Source: Trueperaceae bacterium
GTDB taxonomy: Bacteria; Deinococcota; Deinococci; Deinococcales; Trueperaceae
Length of the DNA stretch: 64,000 nucleotides
NCBI GenBank assembly: GCA_965215565.1
Contig: CBDCDZ010000004.1
Location: 288,001-352,000 of the forward strand
Direction: 5' to 3'
Shown: piece by piece, positions 10,816-20,689 of the stretch
How positions within the stretch are numbered: position 1 is the stretch's first letter
Layout of the letters: every line of letters begins with the position of its first letter
Notes under the pieces: model-generated
Databases searched by the model: none
Told to the model about the DNA's origin: nothing
The model's input: the letters and a program-made list of their open reading frames with translations, nothing else
Program-made: the position numbers and the translations under genes

Positions 10816-11466
10816 CTAAAAAGACACACTCACCGCAAAATCTGCAAGCTCTCCCTGATCGAAGCTGTAACGCCCGCGCGTACCGCTAATCACGCCTACG
10901 TCGCGCATTTCCCCCAGCGTCGCGGTAGTAGTCTCACGGGCTGCGCCCACCATCGCCGCGAAATTATCGTGGGTGAGGGGCAGCGTCAAACGAACTTGAC
11001 CCTCTTCGGAGGTGTGACCGAAGCGCTGACCCAAACGTAGAAAGGCCCTCGCTAACCGCGCGTTTACGGGCAAATCCGTATCCTCTAAGGCGTCGCGTAG
11101 ACGAGTGAGATAGAGTCCCGACGCGGCGTGCAGCGCGTCTTGAAGCTCGAGCTGTTCTTTCAACAGCACACTTACGCGCACCCTCGGTGACAGCGCCTCG
11201 GCGCTCTCCTGATACGTGTGGTGCAGCGGCGTAATCGCGCCGAGATAGTCGCCCGGTCCCACCACACTGACGATGCGCTCGCGCCCGCTCAAGAGGTCTA
11301 AGCTGAGTTTTAAGAGTCCTTCTTCGACGTGATAGACCGCGCTGGCGTCGTCGCCTAAATAATAAAGCGTGTCACCCTTGCTCAAATTCCGACTCGGATA
11401 GTCGTGCGCTGCAGGTGGCGGCGGCGGATTCCCCTGGGGATGCTGGACAAAGCTTAACGCTGACAT
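10816..11466 (-). CDS. Crp/Fnr family transcriptional regulator
   Basis: cNMP-binding-like N-terminus; HTH LTHDNFAAMVGAARETTT. Confidence 0.9.
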   Translation of the reverse strand: MSALSFVQHPQGNPPPPPAAHDYPSRNLSKGDTLYYLGDDASAVYHVEEGLLKLSLDLLSGRERIVSVVGPGDYLGAITPLHHTYQESAEALSPRVRVSVLLKEQLELQDALHAASGLYLTRLRDALEDTDLPVNARLARAFLRLGQRFGHTSEEGQVRLTLPLTHDNFAAMVGAARETTTATLGEMRDVGVISGTRGRYSFDQGELADFAVSVSF

Positions 11467-11525
11467 AAATGATTATACTCGCTGATTGTCACGCAGCGAG
11501 TATCACATGTCATGTTGAGCGCAGT

Positions 11526-12806
11526 TTAGGTCGGTGCTAGAGAGGGGGCTGCTTGATACACCACCCTACCGCGCACAAATGTTAAACGTGCCCAACCTCT
11601 TAGGGATTGAGCCTCCCACGGGCTAAATTTAGCTTTGCTTTTGAACGCTCGAGGGTCAACGGGTCGGTCTGAGTCCAAGTCAATCACCGTGAGGTCGGCG
11701 GGGTGTCCGGGCTCGAGCTTGGGCGCGTCCCAGCCCATCACTGCTGCTGGACCTTTCTGCAAGAGGTCGAGCAGTTCTTCTAACGTCAGCACACCTGCCC
11801 CCACGAGTTCGGTGTAGAGCAGCGGAAAAGTCACTTCGATGTTCGCGATGCCGAAGGGAGCCTCCAATATGTCTCGCTCTTTCTCCGCTTTCGTGTGCGG
11901 CGCGTGGTCCGTACCGATGCAGTCCACCACGCCTCGCTTCAGCGCGTCTCGCAGGTAGTCCACGTCCTCTTGCGTGCGGAGCGGCGGCGCAACTTTATAA
12001 ATAGGGTCGAAAGAGGTCAAGGTCTCGTCCGTCAAGGTGAGGTGATGCGGCGTGACCTCACAGGTGACGGGTGCGCCTTGGTCTTTGAACCATTCGACAA
12101 CCTGCATTCCGCGTTTTGAAGAGACGTGCGCAATGTGAACCCTCGTCCCCGTCATCAGCGCAATTTCGCAGTCGCGGTAGATCATCGTCGCCTCTGCTGA
12201 GATGGGATTACCCGGTAGCCCCAACCGCTGACTGACCACCCCTTCGTTCATCGCGCCGTCTTGCCGTAGCGACGGGTCTTCCGAATGCGTCTGAATAATC
12301 AAGCCGAGTTCGGCCGCATACTCACACGCGCGGCGCATCAGGTGACTGTCTACGACAGGAATCCCGTCATCCGTAATCATCACCGCGCCCGCCTCTTTCA
12401 AAGCTGCAAAGTCGGTAAGCTGTTTTCCTTGCAGACCTCTACTCAAGGTTGCCGCAGGACGCAGCCGCGCTTGTCCGATGCGCTCCGCTTTGGCGATAAG
12501 TTCCGCCACCACGCTGGGGTCGTCCACAGGTGGCGACGTATTCGCCATACTCACAACGGTTCCGTAACCGCCCGCCGCCGCCGCTCCTAGCCCCGAGCGC
12601 AAGTCCTCTTTGACCTCTTGCCCCGGCTCGCGCAGGTGGGCGTGGAGGTCGATAAGCGCAGGCGTGACGAGATTGTTTTCAGCGTCGTACGTTTCGTCTA
12701 CCTCTCCCTCTAAGTTGAAGCCTTCGATGAGACCATCTTTGAGGTAGAGGTTGGTGGAGGTGTCTGAGTCGAGAAGGTGGGCGTTTTTAACCAGAATTCT
12801 GGACAT
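11526..12806 (-). CDS. pyrC: Dihydroorotase
   Basis: DLHAHLREPG, CEVTPHHL, GTDHAPH; in pyr operon. Confidence 0.95.
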   Translation of the reverse strand: MSRILVKNAHLLDSDTSTNLYLKDGLIEGFNLEGEVDETYDAENNLVTPALIDLHAHLREPGQEVKEDLRSGLGAAAAGGYGTVVSMANTSPPVDDPSVVAELIAKAERIGQARLRPAATLSRGLQGKQLTDFAALKEAGAVMITDDGIPVVDSHLMRRACEYAAELGLIIQTHSEDPSLRQDGAMNEGVVSQRLGLPGNPISAEATMIYRDCEIALMTGTRVHIAHVSSKRGMQVVEWFKDQGAPVTCEVTPHHLTLTDETLTSFDPIYKVAPPLRTQEDVDYLRDALKRGVVDCIGTDHAPHTKAEKERDILEAPFGIANIEVTFPLLYTELVGAGVLTLEELLDLLQKGPAAVMGWDAPKLEPGHPADLTVIDLDSDRPVDPRAFKSKAKFSPWEAQSLRGWARLTFVRGRVVYQAAPSLAPT

Positions 12807-12821
12807 GTAAGCTCCTAAAAG

Positions 12822-12891
12822 AAGCTGTTAGCCATTAGCTGTTAGGTATTAGCATCGAAAGCTAACAGCTAAAGGCCAAGAGCTAATCGCT
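12822..12891. repeat. Inverted heptamer array (TTAGCTG / GCTAACA) inside the pyr operon
   Basis: gctgttagccattagctgttaggtattagc...gctaacagctaaaggccaagagctaatcgct. Confidence 0.7.
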
Positions 12892-13852
12892 ATCTTTTTC
12901 CCACTAACAGCGTATAAAGCACCGCCATCCGAATCGGCACCCCGTTCGCCACCTGCGTCTCAATCACGCTCCGCTCCGAATCTGCGAGCGTCCCCGAAAG
13001 TTCCACATCGCGGTTCATCGGTCCGGGGTGCATGATGAGCGCGTCCGGGTGAGCGTGTTTCATCACCTCTTCAGTGACTTGGTAGCGCGTTTGATATTCG
13101 GCTAAGGAGGGGAGAAGTCCTGCATTCATCCGCTCCATCTGTAAACGCAACGCCATCACCACATGTGCACCTTCGGCGGCTTCGTAAATGTTGTTCGTTA
13201 AGGTGACGTTGTATTGCTCTAACTCCTTTGGCAACAGCGTCCTCGGTCCGCAAAGCGTCACTTCCGCCCCCAATTTCGTCCAGAGTTCGACATTGGAGCG
13301 GGCGACTCTCGAGTGCATCACATCCCCGACAATCGCCAACTTCTTCCCCGCAAATCCGTCAAACCCGCTGAACTCTTTAGAAAAGGTATAGGCGTCCAAA
13401 AGCGCCTGCGTCGGATGGGCGCGGCGTCCGTCGCCTGCGTTGACAATCGCGGCGTCCGTCCATTTGGTGAGCTGATAGGGCACGCCCGCTGCACGGTGCC
13501 GCACGACGTAGAGGTCGGCTTGCATGGCGTCTACGGTCTTGAGCGTATCTTTTAAGGATTCACCTTTGCTGAGGCTCGAGCCCCCCGCCGCAAAGCTCAT
13601 CACATCCGCTGACTGCGCCCGCGCCGAGCGCTCAAAGGAGAGCCGCGTGCGCGTCGAAGGCTCAAAGAAGAGCGTGCCCACTGTAAAGCCTTGCAGCGCC
13701 GGAACCTTTTTAATCGTGCGCGTCATGACCTGCGCCATCACGTCCGCCGTGTTGAATAACGCCGTGACCTCTTCGGCGCTCCAGTCCTGCAAATCGAGCA
13801 GATGACGCTTCTTCGCCTTCGCCGCTTCGGGAACCTGCACGGTCTGAATCAT
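12890..13852 (-). CDS. pyrB: Aspartate carbamoyltransferase catalytic subunit
   Basis: [28 protein letters not shown]. Confidence 0.97.
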   Translation of the reverse strand: MIQTVQVPEAAKAKKRHLLDLQDWSAEEVTALFNTADVMAQVMTRTIKKVPALQGFTVGTLFFEPSTRTRLSFERSARAQSADVMSFAAGGSSLSKGESLKDTLKTVDAMQADLYVVRHRAAGVPYQLTKWTDAAIVNAGDGRRAHPTQALLDAYTFSKEFSGFDGFAGKKLAIVGDVMHSRVARSNVELWTKLGAEVTLCGPRTLLPKELEQYNVTLTNNIYEAAEGAHVVMALRLQMERMNAGLLPSLAEYQTRYQVTEEVMKHAHPDALIMHPGPMNRDVELSGTLADSERSVIETQVANGVPIRMAVLYTLLVGKR

Positions 13853-14394
13853 GCCAGCTCCATGAGGTCTACGCCCTCTTCACCATCTACAGATTCCAAC
13901 TTCACCTTCACAACCTCTTGCTTGCTCGTCGGCACGTTCTTGCCGACAAAGTCCGCCCGAATTGGCAGTTCCCTATGCCCCCTATCCACCAACACCGCAT
14001 ACTGGATCACCGAGGGACGCCCCATGTCGATGAGGGCGTCTAGTGCGGCCCGCGCCGTCCGCCCCGTATAGAGCACGTCGTCACAGAGCACCACGCGCAC
14101 GCCTTGGATGTCGAAGGGGACTTCCGTCCTTTTCACGACAGGTTGTAGGGCAATTTCGGAGAGGTCGTCGCGGTACAAGGTGATATCGAGCTTGCCGAGC
14201 AGCGGTTTGACGTTTTCGAAGCTCTCAATTAAACCCGCTAGATGCTCCGCAATCGGCACGCCCCGCGTGTGGATACCCACCAGCGCCAAGTTCTGTGCGC
14301 CCTTGTTACTCTCGACGATTTCGTGGGCGATGCGCGTCAAAGCGCGGTTAATTTCCGCAGTGGTCATGAGGGTGGCTTTGTGGGTCATGCTCAT
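13849..14394 (-). CDS. pyrR: PyrR attenuation protein / uracil phosphoribosyltransferase
   Basis: [35 protein letters not shown] before ATG 14394. Confidence 0.96.
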   Translation of the reverse strand: MSMTHKATLMTTAEINRALTRIAHEIVESNKGAQNLALVGIHTRGVPIAEHLAGLIESFENVKPLLGKLDITLYRDDLSEIALQPVVKRTEVPFDIQGVRVVLCDDVLYTGRTARAALDALIDMGRPSVIQYAVLVDRGHRELPIRADFVGKNVPTSKQEVVKVKLESVDGEEGVDLMELA

Positions 14395-14416
14395 AGCGCA
14401 CCTCTCATGATGTGCC

Positions 14417-14441
14417 AAAAAAAAGCGCCGTCAGCGCGGCG
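14417..14441 (-). terminator. Attenuator terminator of the pyr leader
   Basis: Minus strand CGCCG-cgctga-CGGCG-C followed by 8 T. Confidence 0.75.
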
Positions 14442-14484
14442 TGAAAGGGCTTGATTGTGTGGTTGACCTCTTGCATGGTTGGTT

Positions 14485-14515
14485 CCTTTCCGGTCTCGCG
14501 GGACCGAGTTAAAGG
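14485..14515 (-). promoter_or_regulatory. PyrR-binding RNA stem-loop
   Basis: Minus strand CCUUUAAcucGGUCCCGCGAGACCggAAAGG matches the PyrR binding-loop pattern (UUUAA, RGUCCNGNGAGRCY). Confidence 0.88.
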
Positions 14516-14526
14516 GTTGTTGAAGA

Positions 14527-14555
14527 AGTGTACATTTTTTATACTTCTTCGTCAA
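14527..14555 (-). promoter_or_regulatory. Sigma70-type promoter of pyrR-pyrB-pyrC
   Basis: TTGACG-17 bp-TACACT on the minus strand just upstream of the PyrR site. Confidence 0.75.
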
Positions 14556-14618
14556 TTTGCAGAGACAGCTCGAGTTCACGTCTACTGAATCTGAGACCTA
14601 GATGATATATTTTGATAA

Positions 14619-15770
14619 ATGACCTTGAAGCAAGAACTTGGCGACATTACAACTCAGCTTGATGACTGGCTGAAAATGGGTCTCAATGAAGCGCAAACGA
14701 CTCAAGCAATCGTTCTAAGGCTTTTGCGAGCCCTTGAATATGATATTTGGAATCCTATAGAGGTGTTTGCTCAGGAAACTGGTAACGCAGGAATTCCTGA
14801 CTTTATCGTGAGTCAGCAAGGTAAACGTCGTTTCGTCATCGAGGTAAAAAAATTAAATGCCGTTTTAGACGAAAAAATGAAGACGCAGGCTGTTTCCTAC
14901 GCAAATAATCACGCTATGCGTTGGGCAATTCTTACGAACGGTTCTGAGTGGCTATTTTTCGATAGCTTTATGCAAAATAAACAAGCTCACAACCGACTCG
15001 TCCTCACCTTATCGCTAAAAGGCTTAGATTTGCAGCTTTTGACGCAGTATTTTGAGCGCTTACTTCACGCTTCAATCTGGACGAATTCCTCTAACAATGT
15101 TGAGGAGACTGCAAGAGATATTCAGGCGCATATTGAGCTAAACAGCAGACTTCAACCTCTTGCTAAGAGGCTCGAGAAACTAATGGAAGAGTATACAGTT
15201 CAAGATTTCGAAGCAGGTCTAAAGCTGGCAAAACGCCTGAACGTCTGGGATGAGGATAGCGTCAAGTTATTAGACAGTAACCTAGAAACTTTCCGACGAC
15301 TCACCATCAATACTGAAGTGGAGCACCAAGTAGACTCTGAATACGCTGGTCACGAGAAAAATGTCACCTTAGAAAATGCACTGCAACTTGGGATTCAAAA
15401 AACATCTCCTCACACTAGGAAAGAGGGTAAGTCTTCTGGACTCGAGGCATTTGTAGACAACGAAAAGGTGCAGGCGGCAAGCTGGCGAGATATTCATGCG
15501 GGGATTGCCGAGGCGTTTTTGATTTTAGGTCACGGCGAACTTCTTGAAGAAAGTGCCCACATCTACCGAAGTACTGAAGAAAGACGTATGACAAATGGGA
15601 AGACTTATCCCCCTAGTGCTTATAGAAAGCTGAGCGACGGGCGTTTTCTGTTTCTGCATTACAGTTCGAAGGACCATCTTGGGCGTATTAAAAAATTACT
15701 TCGAGCTGTGAATGCGCCATCAGGTGTTATCAGTGCCAACTACAAGGAAAACGAGTTTGCTCTACCCTAA
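14619..15770 (+). CDS. HsdR_N-like PD-(D/E)xK endonuclease with uncharacterised C-terminal domain
   Basis: PDF...VIEVKK, QAVSYA, WAILTNGSEW; AT-rich relative to flanks. Confidence 0.75.
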   Translation: MTLKQELGDITTQLDDWLKMGLNEAQTTQAIVLRLLRALEYDIWNPIEVFAQETGNAGIPDFIVSQQGKRRFVIEVKKLNAVLDEKMKTQAVSYANNHAMRWAILTNGSEWLFFDSFMQNKQAHNRLVLTLSLKGLDLQLLTQYFERLLHASIWTNSSNNVEETARDIQAHIELNSRLQPLAKRLEKLMEEYTVQDFEAGLKLAKRLNVWDEDSVKLLDSNLETFRRLTINTEVEHQVDSEYAGHEKNVTLENALQLGIQKTSPHTRKEGKSSGLEAFVDNEKVQAASWRDIHAGIAEAFLILGHGELLEESAHIYRSTEERRMTNGKTYPPSAYRKLSDGRFLFLHYSSKDHLGRIKKLLRAVNAPSGVISANYKENEFALP

Positions 15771-15828
15771 GTTTTGAGAAGAGACAGATGATAGCGCTTC
15801 TAAACCAAAACCGCACCGCCCTCGAGCC

Positions 15829-16083
15829 TCACGCCACCCTCTCCACCTCTTCCCCTACCTCATACAAAAACTCAGGCGCAAAGTCCGCACCATTCGGCCA
15901 CTCAACCGTGTTCGTCTCAGGGTTCACAGCGACTTGCTGAAATAGTTCTTTATCCTTTAGCGGTTCAAATACTTCACCGTAGAGTTCTGACTCGAGGTCA
16001 ACACGCTTACTAACGCCGTTATCAAAGGTCACGTTCAAGCAGTGTCCATCTAAAACCTCTACATCAGTTACGTGCAAAAACAT
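15829..16083 (-). CDS. DUF2442-like protein (putative antitoxin)
   Basis: VTFDNG, VFEPLKD, TVEWPNGADFAPEFLY. Confidence 0.85.
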   Translation of the reverse strand: MFLHVTDVEVLDGHCLNVTFDNGVSKRVDLESELYGEVFEPLKDKELFQQVAVNPETNTVEWPNGADFAPEFLYEVGEEVERVA

Positions 16084-16136
16084 CGTTACGATAAAGTCTC
16101 CTAATTCTCTACACTAATAGGCTCGAGCCTCTCCTC

Positions 16137-17042
16137 CTACCCAACAGCCTGCGGCGTCATCTCCTCCAACAATCTGAGTAGCGCCACATCCTTCTGCTTC
16201 GCCTCGAGCATCACATCATAGGGCTCATCGCCGCCGATTTGGTCTAGCGTGCCAGTCACTTGCAAAAAGTCGCCTAGCTCAACGAAGTCGGCGTGCGCCG
16301 TGGTGAAGTCTCTGGGCGAGGAGAGGTGAAACTTGGGGATGCGCCCGCCCCAGGTATTGACAACGCGCTCCACGAGTTCGGTAAGTCCTTCGTCCCACCT
16401 TTCACGTACAGGATTGAGCTTGTGGTGGAAGAAGTCGAAGATGACGGGCAGCCCTGCGCTTTCGCAGACGCTCAGTACGTCTTCGGTGTGAAAGGTGCGG
16501 TCATCGTTTTCTAAGGTGAGCTTACCTTTCGCCAATGGGGAGAGGAGACCGATGTTCTTCTCCAACCTCTTCAGCGCCGTAACTTTGTCGCCATAAGCGC
16601 CGCCCGCGTGCAGCGTCATGGTGCCGCTGCCGGGGTCCACCGCTTCTAAAAAGGCGGCGTGGTATTCAAGCTCCCTGACCGAAGCTGCTACGACGTTTTC
16701 CTTAGGTGAGTTGAGCACCGTGTACTGTCCGGGGTGCATGGAGAGGCGCATGGCGTGTTGCCGCGCGAAGTCGCGAATTTCCGTGAGTTCCTTTTCGAAG
16801 CGTTCAAGCCAGTTGAAGGGGAAAGCTTCGTGCGAGGCGAGTGGGATGATGGAGGAGCCGATGCGCAGAAAGTGGATGCCCTGGGTGAGGTTCCACTCGA
16901 GCATCTTTTGAAGCGTCATTAGGTTTTCGCGGGCCACGGCTTCGGCTTTCTCGCTCGTAAGGTTGGCAAGCCGTACAGTTCTACCCGTTGTATATTTTAG
17001 CGTGACGTTGGTACAGGGATAGCCCAAGTAGCGCAGTTTCAT
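16137..17042 (-). CDS. uvsE: UV damage endonuclease
   Basis: LGYPC, RLSMHPGQYTVLNSP, LENDDR, VMLEAKQKD. Confidence 0.95.
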   Translation of the reverse strand: MKLRYLGYPCTNVTLKYTTGRTVRLANLTSEKAEAVARENLMTLQKMLEWNLTQGIHFLRIGSSIIPLASHEAFPFNWLERFEKELTEIRDFARQHAMRLSMHPGQYTVLNSPKENVVAASVRELEYHAAFLEAVDPGSGTMTLHAGGAYGDKVTALKRLEKNIGLLSPLAKGKLTLENDDRTFHTEDVLSVCESAGLPVIFDFFHHKLNPVRERWDEGLTELVERVVNTWGGRIPKFHLSSPRDFTTAHADFVELGDFLQVTGTLDQIGGDEPYDVMLEAKQKDVALLRLLEEMTPQAVG

Positions 17043-17090
17043 CCGTTTACTCTAAAACGTGGGGGCGGGCTGTACCGTAAAGTGAACTAA

Positions 17091-17247
17091 GAGCAGTTCC
17101 AAAACATACTGAGACGGATGAGCGCAGATCTCTGTCCGCAAGGACTAGCGGGATTTCATCTCTGAATGTGCGTGCTAAACATTGTTCTATAGAGTGAGAG
17201 CGTTGCTCCGCATCGCTTCGCGCACTCTGACCAGATGATACCTGCTA
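17091..17247 (+). mobile_element. MITE-like element, copy C (111 bp + 25 nt + 21 nt inserts)
   Basis: GAGCAGTTCC...GATACCTGCTA-TA; 157 bp. Confidence 0.85.
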
Positions 17248-17261
17248 TAAGTTGGGTGGTC

Positions 17262-17465
17262 TCGGCAGCTAGGGCGCGAGGTTGGAGGACTTGGGCGTGC
17301 CGACGGAGGGCGGCTCGAGTACGGAGCGACTGCCCCAACATCTGGCGGCACTCCGCCGAGCACTTCCACCTCTTTCGCGCAACGCCGACAGGTCTTTGGT
17401 TGGCGGACGAACTCATCAACTTAGGTATCGCGGATGTCTTCCTCGACGCTGCCGGGTTCGCTTAG
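17262..17465 (+). pseudogene. uxaC: Frameshifted internal fragment of glucuronate isomerase
   Basis: LEDLGVPTEGG in one frame followed by IWRHSAEHFHLFRATPTGLWL in another, matching the UxaC segment LEDLGVP...IWRxFAE(H/N)xHLFRGTP. Confidence 0.7.
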
Positions 17466-17533
17466 TATGGTCCCTGACGTAAGAATTCTGATAGACTGAT
17501 GAGACAGACCAATTCGTAGCGAAAGGTAGCTCT

Positions 17534-18865
17534 ATGAAATCAACGCGCTTTATCCTCGTGCTCCTCCTCTGGAGTGGCGTGCTCGCCCAAATGTCCGAGC
17601 CAGCCGCCCAGCAGACGGGCGTCAGCGACACGGACAACCGCATCGACCTCATCCGACAGGACGCGCCCGAGCTTGCGGCGCACGGACCCTATGACATCGG
17701 CGTACGCACCCTGGACCTCGTCAACGAGGACGAACTCGACATCGTGAACGCGGCACCCGGCGAGCCGATTCCGCGCTATGACCGCCCGCTCACCGCCGAA
17801 GTTTGGTATCCCGCCGCGCTGTCTGGCGCTGAGCCGAGGGGCGAGTACGCTGCCACGACGAGAGACGGCACCCCTACTACACTCGTCGGACGCGCTGTGA
17901 GGGGCGCTGAACCCGACACCGAGGGCGCGCCCTATCCGCTCATCATCCTCTCGCACGGCTACCCCGGCAACCGCTTTTTGCTCAGTCATTTAGGTGAAAA
18001 CCTCGCCTCGAAAGGCTACGTGACGGTCTCCATCGACCACACCGACAGCACCTACAGCGACCAGGCGACGTTCGGCAGCACGCTCCTCAACCGCCCAGTG
18101 GACCAGCAATTTGTGTTAGACGAGATGGCGCGGCTTTCGCAGGAGGACAGGGGCAGCTTTTTAGCGGGGCTCGCCGACGCGGACGAGACGGGTATTGTCG
18201 GCTACTCGATGGGCGCGTACGGCGTGGTGAACCTGCTCGGGGGCGGCTTTACGCAGACGAGCGTCGAGTCAGACTACGCGCCGCCGAACGGGGTTCTCGC
18301 CCTGAGGCAAGCGGGCAACGAGGTTTATGAGGGGAGCGTAGACCCGCGCATCAAGGCGGCCGTAGCGATTGCGCCATGGGGCATGAACACCGGTTTTTGG
18401 GACGCGGAGGGGCTCGCGGGTATCGAAACACCCATCTTCTTTATGGCGGGCAGCGCTGACGACGTCTCGGGCTACCGTGAGGGGACGAAAGCGATCTTCG
18501 AGCGGGCGGTGAACGCCGAGCGCTACTTGCTCACCTTCGAAAACGCGAACCACAACGCCGCCGCACCTATCCCTGCGCCCACCGAGACGTGGGGAGAAGA
18601 GAGCTTCATGCACTACGCGGACGCGGTCTGGAACACGGTGCGCATGAACAACATCGCGCAGCATTTCGCCACCGCCTTTTTTGACCTCGAGCTTAAAAAT
18701 GACGAGGAGAAGGGCGCATACTTGGACCTACTCCGCAACGCCGAAGACGGCGTCTACGCAGTGGACGCCTCGGGCGACTTCACCGAGGAGCACACCTACT
18801 GGCGCGGTTTCCCGAACCGCACGGCGGTGGGTCTCACCTTGGACTATGAGACGCCCTCGGAATGA
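17534..18865 (+). CDS. Secreted alpha/beta hydrolase (predicted dienelactone hydrolase / PAF-AH-like)
   Basis: Signal peptide, SHGYPG, GYSMG nucleophile elbow, NANHN. Confidence 0.85.
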   Translation: MKSTRFILVLLLWSGVLAQMSEPAAQQTGVSDTDNRIDLIRQDAPELAAHGPYDIGVRTLDLVNEDELDIVNAAPGEPIPRYDRPLTAEVWYPAALSGAEPRGEYAATTRDGTPTTLVGRAVRGAEPDTEGAPYPLIILSHGYPGNRFLLSHLGENLASKGYVTVSIDHTDSTYSDQATFGSTLLNRPVDQQFVLDEMARLSQEDRGSFLAGLADADETGIVGYSMGAYGVVNLLGGGFTQTSVESDYAPPNGVLALRQAGNEVYEGSVDPRIKAAVAIAPWGMNTGFWDAEGLAGIETPIFFMAGSADDVSGYREGTKAIFERAVNAERYLLTFENANHNAAAPIPAPTETWGEESFMHYADAVWNTVRMNNIAQHFATAFFDLELKNDEEKGAYLDLLRNAEDGVYAVDASGDFTEEHTYWRGFPNRTAVGLTLDYETPSE

Positions 18866-18867
18866 GG

Positions 18868-20415
18868 TCAGGCGTCCGCTCGGTCTCCTGTTTGTAAGGG
18901 AATAGGGGCGTACCCCTGTGCGTCATAGCGCTTCGTGAGGATGTCGGTGACAGCCTCTAGTGACCCCTCACGAAAGCCGAAGCTGACAAGTGCGGGACCG
19001 GGCAAGTCGGTCACGTGGTAAGGATTCCATAAGGCGACGTGGACGAAGTCTCGGGCGTGCTCCCCTGCGTGCTGTGCAGCGACGTCAGCTAAATTCACCT
19101 CTTCGGGTTCCATGCGCGTGCGCGAGGTGGAGATGAACAGGGTCACGTCGTGACGCGCGGCGGCTGAGAGGACCGCTTCGCGGCTCGAGCCAGGCTCAGC
19201 GCGTTTGTAAAAAACGTGGCTGACACCGAAGCCTCGAGCCCTCAACATTTTTATCAGTCTCTCGGTAGGCGGCGCGAGCGTGTCACTCGCCGCGCCGCCT
19301 ACGCTATCTTCCGCCGCGATAACAACGAGGCTCATTTCGTCAAGTTCTGGCAAAGCGCCAATGAGGACGACGCCACGCCGCGCCGCCTCGGTGAGAAGCG
19401 CCCTATCACCCTCTTGCCAAGCGCTCTCAGGGTCAGGCTGAGCGGGGTAGGTATGGGCGAGCCTGCGCAGTCTCCGAAGTTTTCCCTCAACCTCTTCTTC
19501 ATCCAAGCGCCCTTCTCTCAGCGCCCGGTCAATACCTTGTAGGATGGTTTCATGTGTGCTGATAAGTCCGGCGTGGACATCAAAAAGCGGCATGTCGATA
19601 CCCGCGACCAGCGCGCGCACCACCGCCTCGGTAGGGGAGAAGAGGTCCGCGACGGCGTGCATCTCGAGCGCGTCCGTAAAGCTCACCCCGTCAAAGCCGA
19701 GGTCAACACGCAAGAGGTCCGTCATCACCGTGCGCGATAAAGTTGCCGGCAACTCAGGGTCTAAAGCGGTGATGCGCCCGTGGTAGCTCATGACGCAGGC
19801 TGCGCCCGCTCCAAACGCCTTTTTGAATGGGACGAGTTCAACCTCTTGTAAACGTTCTAGCGGTACATCCAACGTCGGCAAGCTTAGGTGCGAGTCCGTA
19901 TCCGTGTCACCGTGACCGGGAAAGTGTTTGACCGTTGCCGCGACGCCCTCGCTCTGTAAACCGCGAACGTAAGCCGCGACGTGCTCAGCGACGTGCGCGG
20001 GGTCACTCCCGAAAGACCGCTCGCCGATGACGGGATTGCGCGGGTTGTTGTTCACGTCCGCGACGGGCGCGAAGTTGACGCCCACGCCCACCGAACGCAA
20101 ACCTCTTGCGGTTGCAGCGGCAACCTTGTAGGTCAGCTCGCGGTCATTCGCCGCGCCTAGGAGCATCGTACCGGGCGAGTAAGGAACGTCCAACACCCGC
20201 ACCACACTGCCGCCCTCTTGGTCCGTAGCGATAATGAGGTCTGGTCCGAGCAATTCACGCAGTTCACTTGTCAACTCCGCTGCCTGAACGCGGTCACGGA
20301 AGTTGCGGCTGAAGAGGCACACGCCGCCTACCTTATAATTTGCAAAAAAAGCGCGTTCGTCCGGGGTGAGCGTGGGACCGGAGAGGTCAACCATCAATAC
20401 TCTGTGCGGGTTCAT
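18868..20415 (-). CDS. nagZ: GH3 beta-N-acetylhexosaminidase
   Basis: DQEGGSVVR, KHFPGHGDTDTDSH, TDALEM. Confidence 0.9.
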   Translation of the reverse strand: MNPHRVLMVDLSGPTLTPDERAFFANYKVGGVCLFSRNFRDRVQAAELTSELRELLGPDLIIATDQEGGSVVRVLDVPYSPGTMLLGAANDRELTYKVAAATARGLRSVGVGVNFAPVADVNNNPRNPVIGERSFGSDPAHVAEHVAAYVRGLQSEGVAATVKHFPGHGDTDTDSHLSLPTLDVPLERLQEVELVPFKKAFGAGAACVMSYHGRITALDPELPATLSRTVMTDLLRVDLGFDGVSFTDALEMHAVADLFSPTEAVVRALVAGIDMPLFDVHAGLISTHETILQGIDRALREGRLDEEEVEGKLRRLRRLAHTYPAQPDPESAWQEGDRALLTEAARRGVVLIGALPELDEMSLVVIAAEDSVGGAASDTLAPPTERLIKMLRARGFGVSHVFYKRAEPGSSREAVLSAAARHDVTLFISTSRTRMEPEEVNLADVAAQHAGEHARDFVHVALWNPYHVTDLPGPALVSFGFREGSLEAVTDILTKRYDAQGYAPIPLQTGDRADA

Positions 20416-20567
20416 CGTCGGCTTCCTATCCTCGAGGGGGCTCGAGTGATTTGGTTCGTGGTTCGGTAGAAACTCATGTTCCTAAAAATAGGGGCTCGAG
20501 CCCTTTTATACTGTTCTACTACCCTAGAAAAGTCATAGTTATCATCCTTGGTGAGGGCGTGCAGGGC

Positions 20568-20633
20568 GTAGGGGTAATTCATGAGTCACCCCTACATTTG
20601 CCTCCTTCTGTAACTTCCCAGCGAGGTCTACCA
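20568..20633. repeat. GTAG-type REP palindrome plus conserved ~40 bp tail, copy 1
   Basis: GTAGGGGTAATTCATGAGTCACCCCTAC-atttgcctccttctgtaac...; second copy at 31268. Confidence 0.8.
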
Positions 20634-20689
20634 GTACTAGAATCCCAGTATGTAAAGAGGTCAGCGCGTCCAACACCAATGAACCGCAT

